The notes: generated by a model from the sequence alone, not told the origin. A stretch of DNA of 32,000 bases from Candidatus Nanopusillus sp. (GCA_046533775.1 JAWDOO010000005.1:7652-39651); one strand, 5' to 3'. Numbered from the stretch's first letter, positions 1 to 9,090 are shown. Numbers and translations: made by a program.

Positions 1-814
1 CTAAATATGATATAAATGTTATAAAAATGAATCTTATTATATTATCCTTTAATTTCATTAATAATCTAGTTCCAATCCTTGAACCAATTAAAACTCCTAA
101 AGTAACAAAAGGTAGTAAAATAAAGTCTATATAACCTGCTTTGAAATATAAAATTGAAGATGTATCTGCAGTTACTCCTATCATAAAATTACTAGTAGTA
201 GTACTTACTTTTATTGGCAAATTCATTATCAAATCCATTCCCAAAACTTTTAATATACCTGAACCAATTCCCAATAAGCCAGAAACAAAACCTGCAAATA
301 ACATAACAATCCATGCATAACTCCATCTTACTCCATCATAATATATTATTTTTCCATTTTCTTCGTATTTTCCAAATAAATTAAAGAAATATGTAGACTC
401 ATCTGGTTTTGATGGATAATATTTTTTTCTTAAATTCTTTATTATCAAAAATATTGAAGATAATAATAATACAACTCCAAATATTATATAAACAATAAAA
501 AATAGATTATGAGTATATAGATAGTTATTTAAAAGAAATCCAAATATAGCACCAAAAGTTGTAGCAGTTAATAAACTAATTGCTGTATTATCATTAGCAA
601 TTTTTTTCTTTATATATGTTAAAGATGAAGATAAAGATGTTGAAATAGTAGATAATAAAGATATACCAATTGTTAAATATAAAGGATAGTTTAAGAATAT
701 TGTTAAGATTGGAGAAATAATTGTACCACCTCCAAGACCTGTTATAGAACCTATAATACCTGCAAAAATACCAATAATTAATATTAACATTATATCAAAA
801 AATGTATATATCAT
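1..814 (-). CDS. TauE/SafE-family (DUF81) anion-exporter-like membrane protein; C-terminus cut by the window edge
   Basis: It is absent from the ORF track because it runs off the 5' edge. I checked every minus-strand codon in the frame of the ATG (complement of 812-814) down to position 2 and found no stop. The translation begins MIYTFFDIMLILIIGIFAGIIGSITGLGGGTIISPIL. The protein is hydrophobic and multi-TM throughout, with the GxGGG motif typical of TauE/SafE permeases. Confidence 0.7.
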   Translation of the reverse strand, partial: MIYTFFDIMLILIIGIFAGIIGSITGLGGGTIISPILTIFLNYPLYLTIGISLLSTISTSLSSSLTYIKKKIANDNTAISLLTATTFGAIFGFLLNNYLYTHNLFFIVYIIFGVVLLLSSIFLIIKNLRKKYYPSKPDESTYFFNLFGKYEENGKIIYYDGVRWSYAWIVMLFAGFVSGLLGIGSGILKVLGMDLIMNLPIKVSTTTSNFMIGVTADTSSILYFKAGYIDFILLPFVTLGVLIGSRIGTRLLMKLKDNIIRFIFITFISYL

Positions 815-965
815 GGTATTAATAAATTCTTTAAAATATATAGACCTTCATATAAATATATTTTCTTATAATATATCAAGTATCCTTTCTTAATAAATCA
901 TACAATAAAATAATATCAACAATGACCAAAAAGGAAAAATCAAAAAATATATTTAACTTCTTTAA

Positions 966-1817
966 TCATTCTTCTTCAAACTCTTGAGCATTACTCTTTC
1001 TATATTCAGAATATCTCTCAACTTCTTGCATAGCTTTATTTATTTCTTCAATCATTTCCTGAGGTATATTATCTATTTTTACATTATTGATTCCTATCCT
1101 AATATATTTATCCCATTCAATTTTTATTCCATTTTCATTTATTTCCATTGGATGTCTTAATAAACTATGTTTTGTATCCCTCATTTTCCATACAATAATT
1201 GATCTATATAATTTTCCATCTACCTCATCTAAATCCATCCTTACAATCCCATCTACCGCATGTTCAACCCCAGGTCCACCAAATCCTCTCTCACCAACAG
1301 AAATTTGTGAGACAAATATTGCAGTACATCCTAAACCTGCAATTAATCTTTTTAATGACATTACTATAGATCTTGCCATAGCTGGTTTTGTTAAATATAA
1401 TGTAGAAATTGAATCTATAACAACTCTTTTAGCATTTGTATCTTTTATTGCCTGTCTTACTACATCTAATAGTTCATGTATATTATCTAAATCTCTTACT
1501 AAATATCTTTCTCTTTGAGCTGCAGTACCAGTTCCACCTGTAAATGCATCTACAATTGCTATTTTTCCTTCTTCTTCATATTTTGATATATCCCATCCGA
1601 AATTCTTAAAACTCCTTCTTACAGTTACTGGATGCTCTTCCAATGCAACAAATACTCCATTTTCATTATTCTTTAATCCATTATATAGAAATTGTTTACC
1701 CAAAATAGATTTTCCTGTACCAGGTCCTCCACTTAATAATACTACATTTCTTTCTGGTATTCCTCCATATAATATTTCATCAAATCCTGGTATATATGTT
1801 CTAACTTTATATATCAT
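966..1817 (-). CDS. KaiC-like RecA-superfamily ATPase (single KaiC domain, acidic C-terminal tail)
   Basis: The ORF is 966-1847. I place the start at the internal Met (cat at 1815-1817), because the KaiC/RadA-like N-terminus [30 protein letters not shown] (Walker A) follows it directly. A Walker B-like RVVIDSIS is present. The tail is acidic (AQEFEEE). Confidence 0.8.
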   Translation of the reverse strand: MIYKVRTYIPGFDEILYGGIPERNVVLLSGGPGTGKSILGKQFLYNGLKNNENGVFVALEEHPVTVRRSFKNFGWDISKYEEEGKIAIVDAFTGGTGTAAQRERYLVRDLDNIHELLDVVRQAIKDTNAKRVVIDSISTLYLTKPAMARSIVMSLKRLIAGLGCTAIFVSQISVGERGFGGPGVEHAVDGIVRMDLDEVDGKLYRSIIVWKMRDTKHSLLRHPMEINENGIKIEWDKYIRIGINNVKIDNIPQEMIEEINKAMQEVERYSEYRKSNAQEFEEE

Positions 1818-1831
1818 AATAATAATTTGGA

Positions 1832-1851
1832 ATAAATGTTTAAACATTTAT
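1832..1851. promoter_or_regulatory. Perfect 20-bp palindrome ATAAATGTTTAAACATTTAT in the 59-bp divergent intergenic region
   Basis: Read directly from the sequence; the reverse complement is identical. It lies between the KaiC-like start (1817, minus) and the DsrE-like start (1877, plus). It contains TATA-like TTTAAA/TTATAAAT on both strands. AT-richness raises the chance expectation. Confidence 0.25.
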
Positions 1852-1876
1852 AAATAACAATATTTTTCATATCTTT

Positions 1877-2218
1877 ATGGCAAAATATTTAATACTATTA
1901 ACAAAAGATGATAAAAATACATTGGAAATGGCCTTGGAATTTTCAAAGATATTAAAAATGAGCGGAGCAGAAGATGTAAAAATTTGTTTTACTTTATCAG
2001 GAATTAAAGCTCTAAATAAGGAAAATGAAGAATATAATTTAATTATATCTAAACATTTAGAAGATATGAAAAATTTAAACATAAATATATATGCATGTGA
2101 AAAATGTATGGTAAGATTTAATATACCAGAAGAAAAATTAATATATAAAGATAAAATATTTTCATATGAAGAAATGAATAAATTAGTAGATCAAGGATAC
2201 GCAATAATTACCTTTTAA
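1877..2218 (+). CDS. DsrE/DsrF-like family small protein (putative sulfur-relay or peroxiredoxin-like fold)
   Basis: 113 aa. The pattern KYLILLTKDD..ALEFSKILKMSGAEDVKICFTLSGIKAL....INIYACEKCMVRFNI....AIITF resembles the DsrE-family layout. That layout is an N-terminal beta-strand, a helix, a second strand, a conserved Cys before a helix, and a C-terminal strand. Confidence 0.45.
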   Translation: MAKYLILLTKDDKNTLEMALEFSKILKMSGAEDVKICFTLSGIKALNKENEEYNLIISKHLEDMKNLNINIYACEKCMVRFNIPEEKLIYKDKIFSYEEMNKLVDQGYAIITF

Positions 2219-4463
2219 TTTCTATTATTTTTCCTTCAACATTATCTTTAAACAAATCATCATGTGTACATAATATTATTTGATAATTATCCAAACTTGA
2301 TATTAATTGTGCTAAAGATAATCTTACATTTTCATCTAAAGATTCTGTAGGCTCATCTAATAACAATATATTAACATTTAGATTTAGTATAGAAGCAATA
2401 GCTAATCTTAACGCTAAATCTAATATTTTTATTTGTCCTCCGCTTAATCCAGCTTCATCAATATATTTTTTAATACTCTTTCCATCAATATTTTTAATCA
2501 CATAAATATAAAACAATTTTTCATCTTTTATCTTACTTTCTTTTATATCTATTCCAACATCTATAATATCTTGATATCTATATAATTTCTTAAAATAGTA
2601 TTTAAATGCATTTTCCAGGTTTTTTGATATTTTTTCTCTATTAACTTCTATATATTTTAGTAAAACATTATATAAAGATCTTAAAATATTTATATTTTTA
2701 CTTATGTTCTTTAATTTTTCATTTATATTATTATATATATTTAATTTTTCTTTATAATTTTTTATTAATTCTGGTTTTAAATTTTCATATTTTTTTATTT
2801 CTTTATCAAGCTCATTCAATTTATCTTCAAACTCACTTAAAGAATTTAAATTATTTCTTTTATATATATCTTTTATTTTTTCTAAATTCTTTTTCATATT
2901 TTCTATTTTCATTAAAGAATATCTTATATTATTTATCTCATTTTTTATGCTTTGATATTCCTTTCTTAAATTATCTATAACCTTATCCAATTCATTTTTC
3001 TTTATATAATTTATTGTATCTTTTATTATTTTATATTCATTTATTTGATTTATTTTATAATTTATTTCATTAATTTCTTTTTCAATCCTTATTTTTTCAT
3101 TTTCAATATCAGATAAATTTACTCTATCTTTAATTTTTCCTTGAATATATAAAAAATACTTATATTTATTTTCTATTTCTTGATATAATTTATCTAAATT
3201 ATTTTTTTCATTTTTAAATTTATTTAAATTCTCCCTATCTTTATTTAAATTTTCTCTATATTGATTTAACAATTTTTTATGTAAATCTTCATCCAGAGCC
3301 CTTTTACATACTGGACATTCTGATGTTTCTCTATTTAATATATCTAAATATTCCTCTTCTTCCTTTATTTTATTTTCCAAAATTATAATATTATTTTCCA
3401 ATTCTTTCTTTTTATTATCTATATTTTTTATTTCATTTTCTATATTTTTATATTCTATATATTTTTCTATATTTGAATATATTTCCCTTAATTCTCTCAA
3501 CTTATATTCTAATTCTTTTTCATCAACATTTTCCAAATATTCCAATTCCTTTTTTCTACTTTCCAAATATTCTAACGAACTATTTAACAAATCCTTTGAA
3601 TAATTTTCATATTTAAGATTTTTTCTTTCAGATTCAAGATTTAATATATTATCATATAATTCCTTTTCTTTTTCTTCATATTCTTTTAACTTTTGATTTA
3701 AGTAATTTTCTTGAGTTAGTAAATTATAATCTATACTACTCTCCAATGTTTTTAACTCTAAATAATCTTTATATATATTATCTCTCATTTTCTTTAATTC
3801 TAAATACTTATTAATTTCTTCCAATAATTTTTCAATATCTTTATCTCCAAAAATATTCTTATATAATTCTATATCTTTTAATAATAAATTTCTTTCTTTT
3901 TCTTCATATTCTTTTTCCTTTTCTAAATCTTTTATTAATCCTTCAACTACTTTTAATATTAAAGAATAATATTCTATATCAAATATTTTTTCTAATAACT
4001 TTGTTAATTCAATTTTTCCAGATAAATTAATATATCTACCTAAATCCCCTTGTTTTATATATAATACATCTGTAAATTTTTCAACTCTATTTATATTCAA
4101 TATTTCTTTTATTTTTTTATTAACAATATCTGGCCCAGAAGCTATAACTTTATTTCCTTCATATAATATTGCCTTAGATTCTCCATTATTATTTGAAGAT
4201 CTTATTATTCTGTATAAATTATTTCCATCGGATATTTCTAATTCTACATTTAAATTATATGAACCAATTCTTATTAAAGATGATATATTTGATATATTTA
4301 TACTAGATAGAGAATCTTTTCCAAATAAGCCAAATAATATTGCATGGAATATAGAAGTTTTTCCAACTCCATTTTCTCCTATTATTATATTTTTTTCATC
4401 AAAATTTATCTCTAAATTTTTATGTATTTTAAAATTCTCTAATTTTATTCTATTAATCTTCAT
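2208..4463 (-). CDS. rad50: DNA double-strand break repair ATPase Rad50
   Basis: 751 aa. Motifs: Walker A GENGVGKTS, a long K/E/N-rich coiled coil, a central zinc hook SECPVCKRAL (CPVC), the ABC signature LSGGQ, Walker B LLLDEPT, and CTHD. Its start overlaps the mre11 stop by 4 nt. Confidence 0.9.
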   Translation of the reverse strand: MKINRIKLENFKIHKNLEINFDEKNIIIGENGVGKTSIFHAILFGLFGKDSLSSINISNISSLIRIGSYNLNVELEISDGNNLYRIIRSSNNNGESKAILYEGNKVIASGPDIVNKKIKEILNINRVEKFTDVLYIKQGDLGRYINLSGKIELTKLLEKIFDIEYYSLILKVVEGLIKDLEKEKEYEEKERNLLLKDIELYKNIFGDKDIEKLLEEINKYLELKKMRDNIYKDYLELKTLESSIDYNLLTQENYLNQKLKEYEEKEKELYDNILNLESERKNLKYENYSKDLLNSSLEYLESRKKELEYLENVDEKELEYKLRELREIYSNIEKYIEYKNIENEIKNIDNKKKELENNIIILENKIKEEEEYLDILNRETSECPVCKRALDEDLHKKLLNQYRENLNKDRENLNKFKNEKNNLDKLYQEIENKYKYFLYIQGKIKDRVNLSDIENEKIRIEKEINEINYKINQINEYKIIKDTINYIKKNELDKVIDNLRKEYQSIKNEINNIRYSLMKIENMKKNLEKIKDIYKRNNLNSLSEFEDKLNELDKEIKKYENLKPELIKNYKEKLNIYNNINEKLKNISKNINILRSLYNVLLKYIEVNREKISKNLENAFKYYFKKLYRYQDIIDVGIDIKESKIKDEKLFYIYVIKNIDGKSIKKYIDEAGLSGGQIKILDLALRLAIASILNLNVNILLLDEPTESLDENVRLSLAQLISSLDNYQIILCTHDDLFKDNVEGKIIEIKR

Positions 4464-5599
4464 TTTATTAATTGTTTAAATATAGTTTCTCTTATTCTAT
4501 CCAAATCAGAATTTTTACCAGAATACATCTCCTCAAATAATTCTTTTATATAATTAAACATTTTTATTACTTCTTGCTTATCATTTACAAAAAAAGAACT
4601 ATCTATTATATTATCTATTGTAATTATCTCATTATTTAATTTTATTTCTTCATCTAAAGAATAGGAATCATCTAAGATTAAATATCCAGATTCTATTAAA
4701 TTTTCTAATAGATTTTTTATATTAATATAATAATCTTTCTTATATCTAACTTTAATTTTTATAATTGTTTCTTTAGATTTATTATAAATATCATTCTTTA
4801 ATTTATTTAATCCATAATCATTATTTATTATATCTTCATAAATATATATTGGCCTAACATTTAATTCTTTAAATTCTATATTATCATCTCTTACATAAAA
4901 AAATCCTTTCTTTATATTTTCTTCATCTTTTGATATTTCAGTCCTTTCAGTAGAACCTGGTAATGCAAATATTATATTGTCATGCTTTTCCAAATGTTTC
5001 TTATGAAAATGACCAAATGCATAATAATTAGCTTTAGGAAAATCTTCTGGAGATAAAATCCTCGGTTCTTTGCTATAACCTTCCAAAATACTTTCTGGAA
5101 ATATATTTATTGCACCATGAAACATAAGTATAGTATAACCATTATTTTCAAATTTTAAATTAGATAGATTTTTTTTATAATATGTTCTTAATTGTTCATA
5201 TGATAAATTTGATGGTTCAGATATTCCATAAATATATACATCTTTATATATAAATGGTTCTTTTATATTTGCTTCATATACTAAATCTAATCTTTTTAAT
5301 ATTTCTAAAATATTTTGTCTTAGGCCCTTTGTATCATGATTTCCTTTAATAAATATTAATGGTATTTTATTATCCTTCAATTTAAACAATATATCTAATA
5401 TTTCCAATAAATATTTTGAATCCATTCTAAAATAATCATCAAAAAAATCTCCAGAATGAATTATAAAATCTACCTTTTCTTTAATTGCAAATTCTATAAC
5501 CTGTTTAAATGAATTTAGAAAATCATATTTTCTAATCTCACCATATTCTACTGGAATTTGACATCCTAGATGAGTATCAGAAACATGAACAAATTTCAT
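4460..5599 (-). CDS. mre11: DNA double-strand break repair nuclease Mre11
   Basis: 379 aa with the phosphoesterase motifs in Mre11 order: HVSDTHLG, GDFFD, GNHD, MFHGA, GHFH. It lies directly upstream of rad50. Confidence 0.9.
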   Translation of the reverse strand: MKFVHVSDTHLGCQIPVEYGEIRKYDFLNSFKQVIEFAIKEKVDFIIHSGDFFDDYFRMDSKYLLEILDILFKLKDNKIPLIFIKGNHDTKGLRQNILEILKRLDLVYEANIKEPFIYKDVYIYGISEPSNLSYEQLRTYYKKNLSNLKFENNGYTILMFHGAINIFPESILEGYSKEPRILSPEDFPKANYYAFGHFHKKHLEKHDNIIFALPGSTERTEISKDEENIKKGFFYVRDDNIEFKELNVRPIYIYEDIINNDYGLNKLKNDIYNKSKETIIKIKVRYKKDYYINIKNLLENLIESGYLILDDSYSLDEEIKLNNEIITIDNIIDSSFFVNDKQEVIKMFNYIKELFEEMYSGKNSDLDRIRETIFKQLIK

Positions 5600-6063
5600 T
5601 AAATATTATTGTATAAAAATTTTTTATTTATATTTTCTAGATATTCTTTCAAATAATTTAAAACTATTTCCCTATCCTTTTTATAGTGATCAAAACTTAT
5701 TTTTAATAAAAAGGAATCTTCTGTATAATGTAATTTAATAATTTTATTTAATGTCAAGTCATCTTTATCAATTCTTAGATAAATATTATAATTCTCATCA
5801 AAGTTACAATTATTTTTTATATTTTTAAATTTCAATCCTAAAGAAATTAAATTTCTAAAAAATATATCTATACTATTTTTATTATTAATTTTTATTTCAT
5901 ATACCTCAATTATATTACTTATTAATCCTTTATCTTTATAATTATTTATTTTTATCTTTTTTCTATCTATATCTTTTAATAATAAATCAATCGCATTTAA
6001 TATTCTATTTTTATCATCCCATTCATGTATATTTACCCTTAATAGTACAAAAGAAATCTTCAT
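5599..6063 (-). CDS. Hypothetical 154-aa protein, first gene of the mre11-rad50 operon
   Basis: Its stop shares one nucleotide with the mre11 ATG (TAATG at 5597-5601). It has no motif I can assign with confidence. The N-terminus ISFVLLRVNIHEWDDKNRILNAI is weakly reminiscent of small archaeal DUF54-type RNA-binding proteins, but this is speculative. It is neither HerA nor NurA, judging by size and motifs. Confidence 0.5.
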   Translation of the reverse strand: MKISFVLLRVNIHEWDDKNRILNAIDLLLKDIDRKKIKINNYKDKGLISNIIEVYEIKINNKNSIDIFFRNLISLGLKFKNIKNNCNFDENYNIYLRIDKDDLTLNKIIKLHYTEDSFLLKISFDHYKKDREIVLNYLKEYLENINKKFLYNNI

Positions 6064-6119
6064 AATAGTTATATAAATATATAGAAAAATTTATATATAC
6101 AAAAAATTTTATATTTAAA

Positions 6120-6620
6120 ATGGTAAAAAGAACCCAAGGTTTACCTTTAAATACTATAATTTTAGCAATTATTGCAATAGTTGTACTAGTATTTCTTGTA
6201 TTAATATTCACTGGTGGAATTGGAAAATTTGTTGGACAGACCAGTCAGATAGCTCCTTCATCTAATCAAACAAGTAGCGCGCAATGTTCAGAATATGCAA
6301 CATCAATACAAAGCCAAATGGGAACTTCCACAGATCCATCTACTCAATTAGAAATGTTAGCAAATTCTCAATATGTATTTTCTAACTGCAGCATTTATTT
6401 CCAATATTCATTTACTTTATATAATGGTTCTGAAGTTGTATGTGGACTTGGTCCAAATTACTGTATAAGCCTTTCTAGTTCTAGCTCCAGCTCTAACCAG
6501 GGTTCTAGCTCTAGTTCTAACTCTAATTCTGGTTCTAGTTCCAGTTCCAACTCTGGCTCTAGTTCCAGTTCTTCTTCTTGTACACCTCCAAATGGTATAC
6601 CTGGTTGCCAAATTCAATAA
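6120..6620 (+). CDS. Type IV pilin-like secreted protein with poly-Ser linker and six Cys
   Basis: The N-terminus MVKRTQG/LPLNTIILAIIAIVVLVFLVLIF looks like an archaeal class III (prepilin) signal: a short basic leader, a Gly, then a hydrophobic helix. The rest is S/T/Q/N-rich, with a 37-residue Ser-dominated tract. The protein ends in CTPPNGIPGCQIQ. Confidence 0.6.
   Translation: MVKRTQGLPLNTIILAIIAIVVLVFLVLIFTGGIGKFVGQTSQIAPSSNQTSSAQCSEYATSIQSQMGTSTDPSTQLEMLANSQYVFSNCSIYFQYSFTLYNGSEVVCGLGPNYCISLSSSSSSSNQGSSSSSNSNSGSSSSSNSGSSSSSSSCTPPNGIPGCQIQ
6468..6578 (+). repeat. Imperfect tandem coding repeat (about 24-nt units, GSSSSSNS-like) encoding a poly-Ser tract
   Basis: Read directly from the sequence. 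AGT/AGC/TCT/TCC codons are interspersed with AAC/AAT/GGT/CAG and encode SLSSSSSSSNQGSSSSSNSNSGSSSSSNSGSSSSSSS. Confidence 0.8.
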
Positions 6621-6650
6621 AGATTTATTTTTTATTACTAAATATTATTT

Positions 6651-7289
6651 ATGATAGATAAAAATTATGTTTCATCAATTTTAGGTATATCAAAAACAAA
6701 ATTACAAGAATTAATAAATGAAAAAATAAAACAATATAAAAATTTAATTGATGAAGAAACAGCTATTTTATTGATATTAAAAGAGAGAGGATTAACATTA
6801 GAAGATTTATATAATATAAAAGTAAAAAATCTATATCCGGGATTAAAAGTAAGAGAAATAAAATTAAAGATAAATAAAATATTAATAAAAAAAGATAATT
6901 TAATAATTCTAGAAGCTGGAGATGAAACTGGATTACTTAAGTTAATAATTAAAGATTATAAATGGAAAAGAAAAGAGAATTTATTAAAGGAGAATAATAA
7001 TATAAAAGTAAAAAATGGTGTTGTACTAAATAATTTTGTTCTATCAATATTCATAAATAATATAGATTTAATAGAAAAGATAAATGAAGATATAAATTTA
7101 AATCAAAATTATATATCATATAGATATATAAGATTGTTAAAAGAAAAAGAGAATAATTATATAGTATTGACAGACAATTTTAATGTAATATATTTAGAAA
7201 AAAATATTCAATTGGAATATAATAAAACATATGCAATAAAATTTTATAATAAAAGACCAATTGAAATTATTGAATTAAAATCCTACTAA
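6651..7289 (+). CDS. Replication protein A (RPA)-like OB-fold ssDNA-binding protein (divergent)
   Basis: 212 aa. LIDEETAILLILKERGLTLEDLYNIKVKNLYPGLKVREIKLKINKIL...IILEAGDETGLLKLIIKDYKW matches the archaeal RPA N-terminal layout as I remember it. That layout is a helical lead-in, I-x-D/N-L-x-P-G, then a DETG-containing OB strand. The OB core looks shortened. Confidence 0.45.
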   Translation: MIDKNYVSSILGISKTKLQELINEKIKQYKNLIDEETAILLILKERGLTLEDLYNIKVKNLYPGLKVREIKLKINKILIKKDNLIILEAGDETGLLKLIIKDYKWKRKENLLKENNNIKVKNGVVLNNFVLSIFINNIDLIEKINEDINLNQNYISYRYIRLLKEKENNYIVLTDNFNVIYLEKNIQLEYNKTYAIKFYNKRPIEIIELKSY

Positions 7290-9059
7290 ACTCATTAAAT
7301 TATCTGGATTATTATAGTACATATTCATAATTTCTGCAATCTTTCTATAATTTCTTATGTTATTTTCTAACATATATTCTAATACCCTTATTTTAAATTT
7401 AAAGTTAGTTTCTATATCACTTTTACTCCAATTTCTAATTTCAGCAATTTTATTTAATACATAACTCTCGCCTAGTATATATGAATCATCTTTAGGATTC
7501 CATTTAAATGAAATTATCCTATCAACATCCTTTTTTTCTTTATTAAATCCAAGTATTTCATATATTTTATCTACCCTTCTTACATATTTTCCTTGATATC
7601 TCAATCTCTTAAGAAATATAACTCCATCTAATACTTCTAATAAAGATGGAGGTAAATTAATTGGAGGAGATAATAATCTATCCATTAATGCTTCAAAACT
7701 TTCTGCATGTATAGTACCCAAACCAGCATGACCTGTTGCCATTGCCTGGAATAATATATAAGCTTCCTCACCTCTTACCTCACCTACAATTATATAATCT
7801 GGTCTCTGTCTCAAAGCAGCTTTTAATAGATCAAACATAGTAACTTCACCATATCTATTTGGACCATATCCTGGCCTTGAAACTTCCGATAACCAGTTTG
7901 GATGTGGTAACTTTAATTCTGCAGTATCTTCTATTGATATTATCTTTTTCTCCGGTTTAATAAATAGAGATATTGCATTTAAGAATGACGTTTTACCTGT
8001 AGCAGTTCCTCCAGCTATTAATAATGATCTTCCCTCTTCTATTAATGTCCATAAATATGCTAACATATTAAAGTCGGCAGTTCCATATAATAATAGATCA
8101 ATAGGTGTGAATGGATCTTCTGTAAATTTTCTAATTGTAAATGAGGACCCCCTCCTAGAAATATCTTTTCCAAAGGTTATTTGAATTCTTGCTCCATTGG
8201 GTAAAGCAGCATCTAATAAAGGATTTGCAACAGAAACAATCCTTCCAGTTCTTACAGATAACTTTATTACAAAATTATCCAATTCTTCATCAGAATTAAA
8301 TTGTAAATTTGTTTTTATTTCACCTATTAATGGGTTTCTATGGAATATATATATTGGATAATTTATACCTGTACAAGATATATCTTCTATTAATGGATCT
8401 CTCATTAATGGATCTATTATTCCATAACCAATTGTGTCCCTTATTATGTAATATAATATATATGGTAATTTATTTGGATCTATTTTATATCCTTTTTCTT
8501 TTATTATATTTAAAGATTGTTTTATTATATAATTTTTCATATATTCTTCATTTTTTTCCATTCCTAAAGGAAATTCGGATGTTCTAGCTAAATCATCAAT
8601 TATTGAATTTATAATTTTCCTATCATTTTCATATATAGTAGGTTCTATTACATGATATACAAGTTCTCCATATTCATTATCCCATGATATATCTGCATAT
8701 GCAAATATATATTCTCTACCAAGAATATTCATCTTTGTTAGTGGATATCTAAATTGATTTATATTTTCATTTTTTCCATATAATTCTATAAAAAATTTAA
8801 GTTTATCTCTTTCAGTAATTTTTTTATTTTCTGAAGGTATATTAACCAAACTTATATTATAAACTTTTTTGTTTCTTTTTTTCTTTTTTCTTTTTTCATA
8901 TTTATTATTAGTTAATGGTATATAAATTGGTTGATATTCTTTATTTGTACTCTCTACGATATTTATCTTCTCATTTCTTTCATTTAATTTTCTTTTTATT
9001 TCAATCTTTTTTCTTATTATATCTAGAACATCATCAATAATATCATAAACATTGTTCAT
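7275..9059 (-). CDS. Type II/IV secretion-system ATPase of the archaeal FlaI/ArlI-PilB family
   Basis: 594 aa. Motifs: YHVIEP in the N-domain, Walker A GGTATGKTS, Walker B DYIIVGEVRGEEA, and the His box ATGHAGLGTIHA. It has a Lys-rich insert, KRKKKKRNKK, near the N-terminus. Confidence 0.85.
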   Translation of the reverse strand: MNNVYDIIDDVLDIIRKKIEIKRKLNERNEKINIVESTNKEYQPIYIPLTNNKYEKRKKKKRNKKVYNISLVNIPSENKKITERDKLKFFIELYGKNENINQFRYPLTKMNILGREYIFAYADISWDNEYGELVYHVIEPTIYENDRKIINSIIDDLARTSEFPLGMEKNEEYMKNYIIKQSLNIIKEKGYKIDPNKLPYILYYIIRDTIGYGIIDPLMRDPLIEDISCTGINYPIYIFHRNPLIGEIKTNLQFNSDEELDNFVIKLSVRTGRIVSVANPLLDAALPNGARIQITFGKDISRRGSSFTIRKFTEDPFTPIDLLLYGTADFNMLAYLWTLIEEGRSLLIAGGTATGKTSFLNAISLFIKPEKKIISIEDTAELKLPHPNWLSEVSRPGYGPNRYGEVTMFDLLKAALRQRPDYIIVGEVRGEEAYILFQAMATGHAGLGTIHAESFEALMDRLLSPPINLPPSLLEVLDGVIFLKRLRYQGKYVRRVDKIYEILGFNKEKKDVDRIISFKWNPKDDSYILGESYVLNKIAEIRNWSKSDIETNFKFKIRVLEYMLENNIRNYRKIAEIMNMYYNNPDNLMSLVGF

Positions 9060-9090
9060 ATATTTAATGAAAACTTGGAAAAATATAAAT

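Noticed and set aside
1087-1518. A 143-aa plus-strand ORF inside the KaiC-like gene
   Set aside because: It is antisense to a gene with clear Walker motifs. Its translation is hydrophobic, low-complexity sequence typical of the reverse frame of AT-rich genes, with no recognisable motif.
966-1847. KaiC-like ATPase considered as the archaellum FlaH/ArlH partner of the secretion ATPase, together with the longer ORF start at 1847
   Set aside because: It lies more than 5 kb from the pilus-like genes and on the far side of the Mre11-Rad50 operon, with its own divergent promoter. The 10-residue N-terminal extension ([10 protein letters not shown]) is not family-like, and its ATG sits inside the promoter palindrome.
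1867-2082. A 71-aa minus-strand ORF overlapping the DsrE-like gene
   Set aside because: It is antisense to the better-supported plus-strand ORF. Its product is low-complexity, and accepting it would eliminate the divergent promoter region.
2208-5599. SMC-like ATPase plus nuclease pair considered as a defence module (Lamassu/Wadjet/SbcCD-like)
   Set aside because: The ATPase has the Rad50 CPVC zinc hook and the LSGGQ/CTHD motifs. The nuclease has the full archaeal Mre11 phosphoesterase motif set. Composition is genome-typical. This is housekeeping DSB repair.
6468-6578. Periodic DNA repeat considered as a CRISPR array or non-coding microsatellite
   Set aside because: It has no spacer/repeat architecture. 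The units are about 24 nt, imperfect and in frame within an ORF, so it is a coding poly-Ser tract.
6417-6617. A 66-aa Arg/Thr-rich minus-strand ORF
   Set aside because: It is a mirror image of the Ser-codon tandem repeat in the pilin-like gene (AGN/TCN read backwards gives R/T/G). It is an artefact of the repeat.
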